From contig CAWBSX010000004.1 of the NCBI GenBank assembly GCA_963791565.1, positions 372,601 to 436,600 of the forward strand: a DNA stretch of 64,000 nt, in the 5' to 3' direction. A program made the translations under genes and the position numbers. Origin of the DNA: an uncultured Verrucomicrobiae bacterium. Lineage in GTDB: Bacteria > Verrucomicrobiota > Verrucomicrobiia > Chthoniobacterales > UBA10450. Below are positions 38,205 to 47,601 of the stretch, piece by piece. Numbering within the stretch: position 1 is the stretch's first letter; each line of letters begins with the position of its first letter. The notes below the pieces were generated by a model. It was not told the DNA's origin. It did not search any database and worked only from the letters and a program-made list of their open reading frames with translations.

Positions 38205-39242
38205 TTGCGCGGCGAAATTTCCATGCAACGTCCCGTCGCAATTTCCTACGCAGTCTTCGCCCTGCTCTTGATTTTGGTCGCCGCCCTGGGCTTGGGGACG
38301 CCGTTTATCGCCGCCCTTTTTTGTTATTTGGCGCTGAAAAAATTTGCCTTCACCGGGCGCCGCTGGATCGCGCTTACCTTATTCCTCATTCTCTTCGCCG
38401 CTGTTTTCGCCGGCTCCGTTATTTTCATCACCAAGGGCGCGCGCGCGTTTCCCGAAATTGCCGAGCAATCCATCCCACGCGTGGTGAAATTCACCCAGGA
38501 TCACGGGATCGAGCCGCCTTTCACCGACATGGAAAGTCTCAAGGCCCTCACGCTCGACAGCGTGCGCGATGCGTTCGGTCAGCTGAGCAAATATGTGCGG
38601 GTCGCGACCAAGGAATTTGTCTTTCTGATCATCGGCATCGTGGTGGCGATTGGGATTTTCCTGAATCCAGATTTTGAATCGAAGCGACCAGGGCGCGCCG
38701 GCCCGCTCGATTTGTATTCCTATTACACCGGGCGGATCAAAGAACGGTTTGCGTCGTTTTTCGCCAGCTTCGAAACGGTCATCGGCGCGCAGATTATTAT
38801 CTCTGCCATCAACACCGCGTTCACGGCCGTGTTCCTTTACTTTTCCGGTCTGCGTTACGCCACGCTGGTGTTGATTCTCACTTTCATTTGCGGACTTCTG
38901 CCGATCGTCGGCAACGTCATCAGCAACACCATCATTGTCTGCATCGCCTTCATCGCCTCGCCGAAACTCGCCGGGGCCGCGCTCATCTTTCTCGTCCTCG
39001 TGCACAAGTTTGAATATTTTCTCAACAGCCGAATCATCGGCGGTCGCATTCAAAATCCGATGTGGCTGACTTTGCTCGCGTTGCTCATCGGCGAACAACT
39101 CATGGGAATTCCGGGAATGATTCTCGCGCCGGTGGTTTTGAGCTTCATCAAGATCGAGATGAAGAAAATCGGGATGGACGATTCCGATTTCGAACGGCCG
39201 ACGACGGAGACATTGCCGCGCCGCGAACTAACGCGTGTCTAG
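38205..39242 (+). CDS. AI-2E family transporter (PerM/UPF0118)
   Basis: Eight predicted TM segments. Conserved C-terminal region GLLPIVGNVISNTIIVCIAFIASPKLAGAALIFLVLVHKFEYFLNSRIIGGRIQNPMWLTLLALLIGEQLMGIPGMILAPVV. Confidence 0.8.
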   Translation: MRGEISMQRPVAISYAVFALLLILVAALGLGTPFIAALFCYLALKKFAFTGRRWIALTLFLILFAAVFAGSVIFITKGARAFPEIAEQSIPRVVKFTQDHGIEPPFTDMESLKALTLDSVRDAFGQLSKYVRVATKEFVFLIIGIVVAIGIFLNPDFESKRPGRAGPLDLYSYYTGRIKERFASFFASFETVIGAQIIISAINTAFTAVFLYFSGLRYATLVLILTFICGLLPIVGNVISNTIIVCIAFIASPKLAGAALIFLVLVHKFEYFLNSRIIGGRIQNPMWLTLLALLIGEQLMGIPGMILAPVVLSFIKIEMKKIGMDDSDFERPTTETLPRRELTRV

Positions 39243-39871
39243 CTCTCGTCAGGCGGAACCAGCTCCGGCGTCTCAACAACTGGCGCCGGCTCTGGTTTGG
39301 GCGCGGTCGGTAGATAACGCTTTCGCAGTTCGTCCGCGTTCGGCAATTCGTCGAGATTACGCAGGCCAAAATGCTCCAGGAAAAACTGAGTCGTTTCGTA
39401 GAGTAACGGACGCCCCGGCACTTCGGCGCGACCAGCGATTCTGACAAGGCCGCGCTCCATCAGATTTTGTAGCACGCCATCGACTGCTACGCCGCGTACG
39501 GCTTCAACATCGGCGCGCGTAATCGGCTGGCGATAAGCAATAATCGCCAGCGTCTCCAACGACGGCGGCGTGAGACGCTGCGGTTTCGGCGCGGGAAAAA
39601 GCTGGCGAACCCATTGCGCGTAAGCCGGCTCACTTGCCAGCTGCCAGCCTTCCGCTTTTTCCACTAATTGAAATGCATGTTGCTGCTCGATGTATTCGAC
39701 TTTCAACTGCTCGAGCGCGGCGGAAATGTTGGCCTCGGTCACTTTCGCGAACTCGTTAGGCAAAAGTTCGTCCGCATCGCCCGCGCCTTTAATTGCATCT
39801 TTCAACTCGCGCGTGGTCAGCGGTTTTTGCGCGCTGAAAAGCAAAGCCTCGACTACTTGAACGAGTGTCAT
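39239..39871 (-). CDS. scpB: segregation and condensation protein B
   Basis: MTLVQVVEALLFSAQKPLTTRELKDAI...LETLAIIAYRQPITRADVEAVRGVAVDGVLQNLMERGLVRIAGRAEVPGRPLLYETT. The start is reassigned to the internal ATG. Confidence 0.8.
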   Translation of the reverse strand: MTLVQVVEALLFSAQKPLTTRELKDAIKGAGDADELLPNEFAKVTEANISAALEQLKVEYIEQQHAFQLVEKAEGWQLASEPAYAQWVRQLFPAPKPQRLTPPSLETLAIIAYRQPITRADVEAVRGVAVDGVLQNLMERGLVRIAGRAEVPGRPLLYETTQFFLEHFGLRNLDELPNADELRKRYLPTAPKPEPAPVVETPELVPPDES

Positions 39872-41256
39872 GAGTTGAGCCCGATCGCTGATTGAATCGC
39901 GTCCGCAATGCGATCGGCCTGGCGATCGATCTGCGACAGCTCGCGTCCTTCGATGAGTAAACGGATTTTCGGCTCCGTGCCGGAGTAGCGCAGCAAGACG
40001 CGTCCTTTGCCGTTCAGTTCTTTCTCGGCATCGCCGACCAGCTTCATTACGTCGGGCAATTTTTCCAGCGGCGGTTTTTCTTTCACCTTCAGATTCCGCT
40101 GCGCTTGCGGATATTTCGACAAGCAACGCTTCAATTCGCTGAGCGGTTTGCCGGTCGATTTCATGATGCGCAGAATTTGCAGTGCGCAGACGATGCCGTC
40201 GCCCGTCGTGCCGAAGTCGCGAAAAATCATATGGCCGCTTTGTTCGCCGCCGACATTCAGATCGCGCTTCACCATTTCTTCGATGACGTAACGATCACCG
40301 ACTTTCGTGCGCAGCACTTTTCCACCGGCCGCGTTGATCGCTTCGTCGAGTCCGAAGTTGCTCATAACCGTCGCGACCAGCGTATTTTCACGCAAACGTC
40401 CCGCACCTAACAAGTCCGTCGCAGCGATCGCGAGAATCTCGTCGCCATCAACAATTTCGCCATTCTCATCGCAAAGGAGAACGCGATCGGCATCGCCGTC
40501 ATGGGTGATGCCGACTTCTACGCCGGTCGCTTTGACGATGCGCTGAATTTCCTGCGGATGAGTGCTACCGCAATCGGCGTTGATGTTGGTTCCGTTCGGT
40601 TCGTTGTGCGCGACGATGAGATCCGCGCCGAGCTCTCGCAGAATGCACGGCGTCGATTTGTAAGCAGCCCCGTTCGCGACATCGACGGCGATGCGCATCT
40701 TCTCCAATGACATGCCGCGCGGAAAACTCGCTTTGGCAAATTCGACATATCGACCGAGCGCATCATCGATGCGTCGCGCGCGACCAATTTTTTTGGCAGT
40801 TGGTCGAATCGCATCAATCTCGCCAGAGAAAACCAGCTGCTCGATTTGTTCTTCGATTTGATCGTCGAGTTTGTAGCCGTCGTGCCGGAAAAATTTGATG
40901 CCGTTGTCTTCGTAGGAATTGTGCGAAGCTGAGAGAACGATGCCGGCGTCGGCCCGAAGCGAACGCGTGATGTAGGCGACGCCTGGCGTCGGCAACGGAC
41001 CAATGACGAGAACATCGACCCCTAACGAAGTGATGCCGGCGACGAGCGCGTTCTCCAACATGTAGCCGGAAAGGCGCGTGTCTTTGCCCAGGACAATTTT
41101 CGGGCGAGTGCCGGCCGGCAGTGTGCGGGGATTCAGTTGAGTGAAAACGTGCGCAGCAGCGCGCCCGAGCTTGAGCGCCGTTTCCGCGGTCACCGGTTCG
41201 ACGTTCGCCACACCGCGAACCCCGTCCGTGCCGAAAAGTTTATTCCGCTGCGTCAC
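39868..41256 (-). CDS. glmM: phosphoglucosamine mutase
   Basis: (V)TQRNKLFGTDGVRGVAN... with the SASHNSYEDNGIKFF phosphoserine loop and GDGDADR. GTG start chosen; the track's upstream 100 aa are Arg-rich junk. Confidence 0.9.
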   Translation of the reverse strand: MTQRNKLFGTDGVRGVANVEPVTAETALKLGRAAAHVFTQLNPRTLPAGTRPKIVLGKDTRLSGYMLENALVAGITSLGVDVLVIGPLPTPGVAYITRSLRADAGIVLSASHNSYEDNGIKFFRHDGYKLDDQIEEQIEQLVFSGEIDAIRPTAKKIGRARRIDDALGRYVEFAKASFPRGMSLEKMRIAVDVANGAAYKSTPCILRELGADLIVAHNEPNGTNINADCGSTHPQEIQRIVKATGVEVGITHDGDADRVLLCDENGEIVDGDEILAIAATDLLGAGRLRENTLVATVMSNFGLDEAINAAGGKVLRTKVGDRYVIEEMVKRDLNVGGEQSGHMIFRDFGTTGDGIVCALQILRIMKSTGKPLSELKRCLSKYPQAQRNLKVKEKPPLEKLPDVMKLVGDAEKELNGKGRVLLRYSGTEPKIRLLIEGRELSQIDRQADRIADAIQSAIGLNS

Positions 41257-41279
41257 GAAGAAGATTGAACCGCGCTTCG

Positions 41280-41855
41280 TTAGGTTCGTAAACCGATTTT
41301 CCGCGCGGGCACGCCGCCCCAGATTTCGTGGGCGGGTATGTTTTCCCTCACCACCGCGCCAGCGGCGACGATCGCGCCGGCACGGATCCTGACATTTTTC
41401 AGGACAACAACGTTCGCGCCTAACCAGACATCGGATTCGAGAACGATCGCTCCTTCCGCACCGTCGAGTTGTTGATTCATCGGTAAATCGCGGCGCGCGT
41501 TTCCGTGATCGTGATCGATGAATTTGCAGCCGGACCCGATCAAACAATCGACGCCGATTTCCACGCGTCGGCGCACATTGAATTCACAGCCAAAGCCGAT
41601 GAAGACGCGATCGCCGATAATGATCGACGGGCCGGGCGCGTAGATGCCGTCGAATTTGAAATAGATGTCATGCTCAAGCCGGCAATTTTTGCCTAACGAG
41701 ACCTGATGCGGCCAGGTCACGTGAACTCGCGGAAGCAAAGTTCCTTGGCCGATCTGCATTCCCAGCACGCGCCACCACAAAGTGCGCATCTCGGCGACGA
41801 CCGCGGCGCAATTGGCCCGCAGACGAAACATCGCGCGGCCAGCCGTCGCGCTCAT
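41280..41855 (-). CDS. hexapeptide-repeat (left-handed beta-helix) acetyltransferase, WcaF/WbbJ-like
   Basis: Imperfect hexapeptide repeats IGDRVFIGFGCEFNV...VEIGVDCLIGSGCKFIDHDH...VWLGANVVVLKNVRIRAGAIVAAGAVV. Confidence 0.75.
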   Translation of the reverse strand: MSATAGRAMFRLRANCAAVVAEMRTLWWRVLGMQIGQGTLLPRVHVTWPHQVSLGKNCRLEHDIYFKFDGIYAPGPSIIIGDRVFIGFGCEFNVRRRVEIGVDCLIGSGCKFIDHDHGNARRDLPMNQQLDGAEGAIVLESDVWLGANVVVLKNVRIRAGAIVAAGAVVRENIPAHEIWGGVPARKIGLRT

Positions 41856-41862
41856 CGAAATT

Positions 41863-43593
41863 CTACGGCACCGCGATGCGTTGCCGGTCGTGATCGGAGA
41901 AGAAGACGCATTCGTTTTCCAACCCGAGAAGCGTGGCCCATTTCAACGGGAATTTTTGCAGGTCGATATTGCGCGTAATCACGCCGGCCCAATCCTTGTA
42001 TTCGCCTTTCAAAATATCTCCGAGCCTATTCTGACTGCCGCTGATCGGCGTGAGATAAAGGCCGTTCACCGGCGCGCCGAAGGTGTTGTAATCGTTAAAT
42101 TCGGTAAAGGCATGGATGGTGTCGGGCAGCCAAAGCGATTTGCGATCGGCATACCACGAGATGGCCCATGGCATGTCGGAAGCGATCACTTCATTCGGCT
42201 TCATCCACGCGTTCAGCACGGAAATGTAAGGCGGAACATAGGGCGGCCAGCGAATGGTGCGCGTGGTCGGGGTTAAAAAAGTGAAGGCGATCGGCACGGA
42301 ACAAATGAGGAAGAGCAAGGTGAGAAATCCGATGCGCGCGAGGCGCCATTCGATTTCCAGCCGGTTCCATTGCACCAACAGGTAGGCGAGTCCGTAACAG
42401 GTCATGATCGGAATGAAGAGGAGATGCAACTGGTTCGCCGCTACGTCCATCTCTTCGCTCAGCCCGTAGATCGACATCCCGATAAATGCGAAGCCCCACA
42501 TGCACAAAACCAGCCAGCGCATCGCGGCCGTTTCGGGTTTCCGAAAAATGTGAAGCAAGCCGGTGAAAAACATCAGCGCGACAAAACTCCACCCGAAATA
42601 TTCCAGCCCGCGTCCGATCTGCAAAACGACATTGCCGGTAAACTTATTCTTGAAATGGCCGAGGCCGACGTCTGCCAGATCGAGATCGACCCGGCGCATG
42701 TGTCCCGCCTCGGGATGATTGATGGTATCCAGCACCGAATAGATCGCGACGCCGCCGGGATTGCCGCACACGGCATAGTTCCGCACCAGCCATGGCGAAT
42801 AGATGATCGCGAAGGCCGCCAGCATGATAACCGCCGCCCAGAAGCGCGGCCGGAAATGGAAAATGCAAAAAATGAATGCGCCGAGAAAAATCCAGATCGT
42901 CAGCGCGTGTGAGAGCGCGAGCAGTCCGAAACCGACGCCGGCCAGCGCGAGCCAAAGACCAACCCGACCGCCGCCCGTTTGCGCCAACATCGCGCGCACG
43001 AGGACGTAAAGCGTCCCGTTGAAAAGAAACAGCATGAGCATCTGCGGCAAGCCGGAAATCGAGTAACGCCAGAGCGCGTCGCATAACAAAACAAGCCAGG
43101 CCGCGAGCACGGCCAGTCGATCATCGAAGAGAAGCTTCGCGAGAAAATAAAGAATGACGACCGAGCCGAGCAAGAGGAGCACCTGCAATCCGACGAGAAT
43201 CTTCTCGGCCGGATACGTGATGTCCTTCGGCGTCATGGCCCAGCTGGATTTGAATGGCTTGAGCGCAATGGCATCAACCAGCGGTGGCAACGGCGCGTTG
43301 TAGGTATCGAACCAAATTTTCTCCGCCACATTCTTGCCGTGCGCTTCCAACTGCCCGACCGCAAGTGGCCGGATCATTTGCGTCCGAAAACCTTCGCCGC
43401 GCGCGAGATTGCGGCCGATCTGCGCCTGATCCATCCCTTGGGAAGCGGCGAATCCCTTGAACTCGTGCACCAGATAAAAAACGCTCAGCGCCAGAATGGC
43501 GAAAACCGTGAGTGCGATCTTGACCCACTTCGCGCCGACCCCCTCTTCGAGACCGTGGATAGTGCGTTGGATGAAATCAGCGGCGCCGGGCAT
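41863..43593 (-). CDS. polytopic membrane protein, putative GT-C-type glycosyltransferase (ArnT/PMT-like)
   Basis: 576 aa. About 12 hydrophobic segments and a C-terminal soluble region. The family assignment is weak. Confidence 0.4.
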   Translation of the reverse strand: MPGAADFIQRTIHGLEEGVGAKWVKIALTVFAILALSVFYLVHEFKGFAASQGMDQAQIGRNLARGEGFRTQMIRPLAVGQLEAHGKNVAEKIWFDTYNAPLPPLVDAIALKPFKSSWAMTPKDITYPAEKILVGLQVLLLLGSVVILYFLAKLLFDDRLAVLAAWLVLLCDALWRYSISGLPQMLMLFLFNGTLYVLVRAMLAQTGGGRVGLWLALAGVGFGLLALSHALTIWIFLGAFIFCIFHFRPRFWAAVIMLAAFAIIYSPWLVRNYAVCGNPGGVAIYSVLDTINHPEAGHMRRVDLDLADVGLGHFKNKFTGNVVLQIGRGLEYFGWSFVALMFFTGLLHIFRKPETAAMRWLVLCMWGFAFIGMSIYGLSEEMDVAANQLHLLFIPIMTCYGLAYLLVQWNRLEIEWRLARIGFLTLLFLICSVPIAFTFLTPTTRTIRWPPYVPPYISVLNAWMKPNEVIASDMPWAISWYADRKSLWLPDTIHAFTEFNDYNTFGAPVNGLYLTPISGSQNRLGDILKGEYKDWAGVITRNIDLQKFPLKWATLLGLENECVFFSDHDRQRIAVP

Positions 43594-43621
43594 AAGAAAA
43601 AGTTAGCGGGTGAACGAAAAG

Positions 43622-45061
43622 CTACTCGGGACGAAGTTGGGGAGTTTCTCGTTCAAGCGACGGGCTGTCCAGTTCCTTTGCTTTCTCCGCATTCATCTCG
43701 TTGATCTTGCGGTGCAGGGTGCGTCGGCTAATCCCGAGCCGTTTCGCGGCCGCGGTGACGTTGCCGTTGGTGCTGGCCAACGCTTGCATAATCAAACGCC
43801 GCTCAGTGTCGTGCAGATCGAGTGGACTGGATTTTTCGCCCCACGCTTTTGCCGGCGTGACACCGCCCGGCAAATTCCGCGGCGCATTTTGCCGCACGCT
43901 GGCCGGTAACTCGCGCACCGTAATTTTCGGACCGTTGGCCATGACCACGCCGTGTTCGATGGCGGTCCGCAGCTCGCGCACGTTTCCCGGCCAATCATAA
44001 TTCAGCAGCAGATTCATGGCGTCGGAAGTCAGTTCGAGGAGCGGTTTCTCGTTCACCTTGCAAAAATGTTTCAGGAAAGTTCGCACGAGCAGCGGGATGT
44101 CTTCCTTCCGCTCACGCAACGGCGGCATGGTGATGTGCACGACGTTCAACCGGAAGTAGAGATCGTCGCGAAATTTTCCTTCGCGGACTAACGAGTCCAA
44201 ATTCTTGTTCGTGGCCGCGATCAATCGCACATCGGCTTTCAGCAATTGATTGCCGCCGACGCGTTCAAAAGCGCGTTCCTCGCTGATCACGCGTAGCAAT
44301 TTAACCTGCGTGCTCGGATCGATCTCGCCGATTTCATCCAGGAAAATCGTTCCGCCGTTGGCTTGTTCGAAACGTCCGATGCGGCGCTCGTGCGCCCCGG
44401 TGAAAGAGCCGCGTTCATGCCCGAAGAGTTCGCTCTCCAGCAATGTCGGCGAAAGTGCCGCGCAGTGAACCGTGACGAATTTCGCTTTGCTGCGTCGGCT
44501 CAGATTATGAATAGCGTGCGCGACCAATTCTTTGCCGGTTCCACTTTCGCCGTCGATCAAGACGTTGGCGTTCGATGGCGCGACCTGACGAATGGTGTCG
44601 AGCACTTCGTGTAACGACGGCGATTCGCCGATGATATTTTCCAGCCCGTAACGCTCATCCACCTGCTGACGGAGCGTGCGATTTTCCTGCTCCAGTCGGC
44701 GCGAAGACAGAGCGCGCGCGATCAACATCTCGACCTTGTCGAGATTGAGCGGCTTGGTCACGAAATCGTAGGCGCCCCGTTTCATCGCTTCGACCGCGGT
44801 ATCGACTGAGCCGTAGGCCGTCATCATGATGCAGATCGGCGGCCGCGACATTTTTAAGGCGCGCTCAATCAAGGTCATGCCGTCTTCGCCGCTGAGCCGC
44901 AGATCAGTGATGAGCACATCGACCTGTTCACGTTCGAGCACATCCATCGCTCCCGCGATATCGGCCGCGACGTAAACGTCATACTCATCTTCCAACAAAC
45001 GGCGCATCCCATCGCGGGTATGCTTTTCGTCATCGACGATCAGTATCGTGCCCTTTGTCAT
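43622..45061 (-). CDS. sigma-54-dependent response regulator (NtrC family: receiver + AAA+ + Fis HTH)
   Basis: Receiver ILIVDDEKHTRDG...VDVLITDLRL; AAA+ GESGTGKELVAHAIH; GAFTGA motif region ERGSFTGA; C-terminal HTH AAKRLGISRRTLHRKI. Confidence 0.9.
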   Translation of the reverse strand: MTKGTILIVDDEKHTRDGMRRLLEDEYDVYVAADIAGAMDVLEREQVDVLITDLRLSGEDGMTLIERALKMSRPPICIMMTAYGSVDTAVEAMKRGAYDFVTKPLNLDKVEMLIARALSSRRLEQENRTLRQQVDERYGLENIIGESPSLHEVLDTIRQVAPSNANVLIDGESGTGKELVAHAIHNLSRRSKAKFVTVHCAALSPTLLESELFGHERGSFTGAHERRIGRFEQANGGTIFLDEIGEIDPSTQVKLLRVISEERAFERVGGNQLLKADVRLIAATNKNLDSLVREGKFRDDLYFRLNVVHITMPPLRERKEDIPLLVRTFLKHFCKVNEKPLLELTSDAMNLLLNYDWPGNVRELRTAIEHGVVMANGPKITVRELPASVRQNAPRNLPGGVTPAKAWGEKSSPLDLHDTERRLIMQALASTNGNVTAAAKRLGISRRTLHRKINEMNAEKAKELDSPSLERETPQLRPE

Positions 45062-45075
45062 TTCAAATCAGCGCC

Positions 45076-47022
45076 TCAATTTTCTTTCCCCCAAAGAAAC
45101 GCATCCTCAAACGTCACCCAAGCCGCGACGCGTTGCCGCAAGTTTTTTGCGCGCTCGGTTTCGTTAGCCAGCACATCGTGTTGTTCGGTCGGATCGGTTG
45201 CGAGATTGAAGAACGATTCGTGTGCGCTGGTCACGTCGTAGATGTATTTCCAATCGTCTTCGCGCACCCCGAAAATATCGCCACCCGCGATCGCCATGAA
45301 GAAAGCGCGGTTCGGTTTCGCAGGATCGAACAAACTATAACCCTGCCACTCCGGATCGGGTTCCATGCCTAACAAGTCCACGATCGTAGGATTGAGATCG
45401 ACGTGGCCACCGATTATTTGCGCGCGGCCGCCATTTGGAAACAGTCGCGGACTCCAAAACATCAGCGGCACATGCGTTTCCTCTTCAAAGACCGACCAGG
45501 CGTGGCCGCGTTGCTCGTGCGGATCGGCGAAGGCTTCACCGTGATCGCCGGTGACGACCACGAGCGTGTCATCCGCCAGTCCGCGCGCGCGCAAAGCGTC
45601 GAACATTTCGCCGAGATGCTTATCGGTTTCGTGCACGACGTTGAGATAGGCGGACAAATCTTTTGCCAGGGGCGGCGCGGGTTTTCCGGCGAAGAAATCG
45701 ATCGTCGTCATGCCGGGACTGGCGGGATAAGGATCGTGCGTTTGATCTGTCCAACAAATGGCGAAGAACGACTCGTTAGGCTTTTCGTCGATCCAGCGGA
45801 TGAGACGATCGAAGACGCACCGGTCTTCTGTTCCCCAGGAACTAAGCGGCGGACAACCGACCGTGGAATAATCGTCTAACGAGTCGAAGGCACCGCTTTT
45901 TTCCAAAAGCCAATGTTCGTCTTCCCAATAAAGATTGCCGTTATTGATGTAGGCGGTGCGACATCCGCGTCCGCGCATTTTGGCGGCGAGAGTCGCGGGA
46001 AACGCGCGCGCATCGCCCAGCGCCGCATAATGCCACGGCAAACCCGGGTAGATGGAAAAATTCAGCGTGCGAAAGGAGCAGTAAGTGAAACTGGCATGCG
46101 CGTAAATGTTATCGAAGACGAGCGCGTGAGCCGCTTCCGCTTCAAAGCGCGGCATGGCGTCGTGGATGTATTTCGTTCCGATCGATTCGAGCACGATAAT
46201 GATGACGTTCTTCGGTCGCGCGATGCCGGCCGGCACCCCGAAATACGAACTACTCGTTAGGCCACGCGCCTTGAAGGTGCGAAACTCGTTGGCGTATTCC
46301 GGCGGAAAATCCTTCGGAAACGATGGACGTTGCCCACCTTTCAGACGCAGCGCCGTCGTGCGCAGCAATTCGAAATGTGGACTCAGCCAAAGATGTGTCA
46401 GCTGCTGTTCCTTCCATAAATTTCGTTGCAAAACGTAGCCGGCTGGCCACCAAACGATCGTAAAGACGAGAAGTCCGCGCGTTAGTCTCGGCCAGCGCTG
46501 AGTTCGGATCGCGATGATGAGATAGACTATCGGCACGAGCAGAAGTGCCAGAGCCATTCCAATTCCAAGCCGATCGAAGATGGACGAACGGACCGCCGAT
46601 GCGTTCCCGATCATTGCGAAAAGTTCGAAGGTGATTGGCCGGTTGAAGTAGCGAAATAATCCGATCGAACCAACGCCGTAGAGAGCGCAGAGCGCGAAAA
46701 ACCCGAGGAAGATTCCGCGCGCGATCGCAGCGGCGCGCAGCAAATTTCGCAGAACGAAAACGATCATCGCGCCGATCGCGCCGCAGACGAGCGCGAAAAA
46801 CACATCGGTCCATGAGGACATCAGCAACCCGAGCGAACGCTCGAAGAAATGTCCGAACCATGGCTTATCCCACGTCGCTGCCTTGGTCGCGATGAGGAGA
46901 AGCGCAAGCCACGCGCTGGCGCCGAGCAAAGAAACGCCGGCCTTCCTTCGCGCGTTTTCGGACTCCAGGTATAATCCTTCGATCACGAGCAAGGCTACTA
47001 GCTCGCGCAGTGCGCCGCGCAA
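45076..47022 (-). CDS. membrane-anchored sulfatase-like (alkaline-phosphatase superfamily) transferase, LTA-synthase/phosphoethanolamine-transferase-like
   Basis: N-terminal 5 TM segments, then a sulfatase domain (VIIIVLESIG..., VVTGDHGEAF). Confidence 0.65.
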   Translation of the reverse strand: MRGALRELVALLVIEGLYLESENARRKAGVSLLGASAWLALLLIATKAATWDKPWFGHFFERSLGLLMSSWTDVFFALVCGAIGAMIVFVLRNLLRAAAIARGIFLGFFALCALYGVGSIGLFRYFNRPITFELFAMIGNASAVRSSIFDRLGIGMALALLLVPIVYLIIAIRTQRWPRLTRGLLVFTIVWWPAGYVLQRNLWKEQQLTHLWLSPHFELLRTTALRLKGGQRPSFPKDFPPEYANEFRTFKARGLTSSSYFGVPAGIARPKNVIIIVLESIGTKYIHDAMPRFEAEAAHALVFDNIYAHASFTYCSFRTLNFSIYPGLPWHYAALGDARAFPATLAAKMRGRGCRTAYINNGNLYWEDEHWLLEKSGAFDSLDDYSTVGCPPLSSWGTEDRCVFDRLIRWIDEKPNESFFAICWTDQTHDPYPASPGMTTIDFFAGKPAPPLAKDLSAYLNVVHETDKHLGEMFDALRARGLADDTLVVVTGDHGEAFADPHEQRGHAWSVFEEETHVPLMFWSPRLFPNGGRAQIIGGHVDLNPTIVDLLGMEPDPEWQGYSLFDPAKPNRAFFMAIAGGDIFGVREDDWKYIYDVTSAHESFFNLATDPTEQHDVLANETERAKNLRQRVAAWVTFEDAFLWGKEN

Positions 47023-47071
47023 CTTTCCTTTTTTCTGGTCTCGTTAGGCGCGCACTGCCACTCTCCGCCGC

Positions 47072-47587
47072 ATGAAGATTTTCCTCGGGATTGTTATCGC
47101 CCTGCTGGTCCTCGCTGGTGGCGCTTATTTCTACGCCTCGTCGTTGCCGGAACAGACCACGCACACGCGCAGCATCACGCTCCAGCAATCGCCCGCCGCC
47201 GTCTTCGCCTTACTCACCGACATGGAGAACATGCCGAAGTGGAATCGCAACATGGAGAAAATCGAAATACTTCCGCCGATCGACGGCAAAGAAGCGACGC
47301 GTCAATACTTCAAGGGCAACATGCAGATGACCATCATCACCAGCGAGAGCACACCGCCGTCGCATCTCGTGCGCACCCTGGGCGACGCGGGCGGCCCGTT
47401 CTCCGGTTCGTGGACTTACGAAATCAAACCGACGAACGGCGGCAGCGACGTCGTGCTGACGGAAGATTCCCACATGAAGAATCCGCTCTTTCGTTTGATG
47501 ACGAAGATTTTCGGCGAAACGAAATATCTCGACGAACATCTCGCAGACATGGCCAAGCACTTCGGCGAAACGGCTACTATTCGTTAG
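47072..47587 (+). CDS. SRPBCC-family (polyketide cyclase/START-like) protein with an N-terminal TM
   Basis: 171 aa. The stop TAG lies inside a copy of the 11-mer. Confidence 0.5.
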   Translation: MKIFLGIVIALLVLAGGAYFYASSLPEQTTHTRSITLQQSPAAVFALLTDMENMPKWNRNMEKIEILPPIDGKEATRQYFKGNMQMTIITSESTPPSHLVRTLGDAGGPFSGSWTYEIKPTNGGSDVVLTEDSHMKNPLFRLMTKIFGETKYLDEHLADMAKHFGETATIR

Positions 47588-47601
47588 GCAGCTACTTCGC
47601 T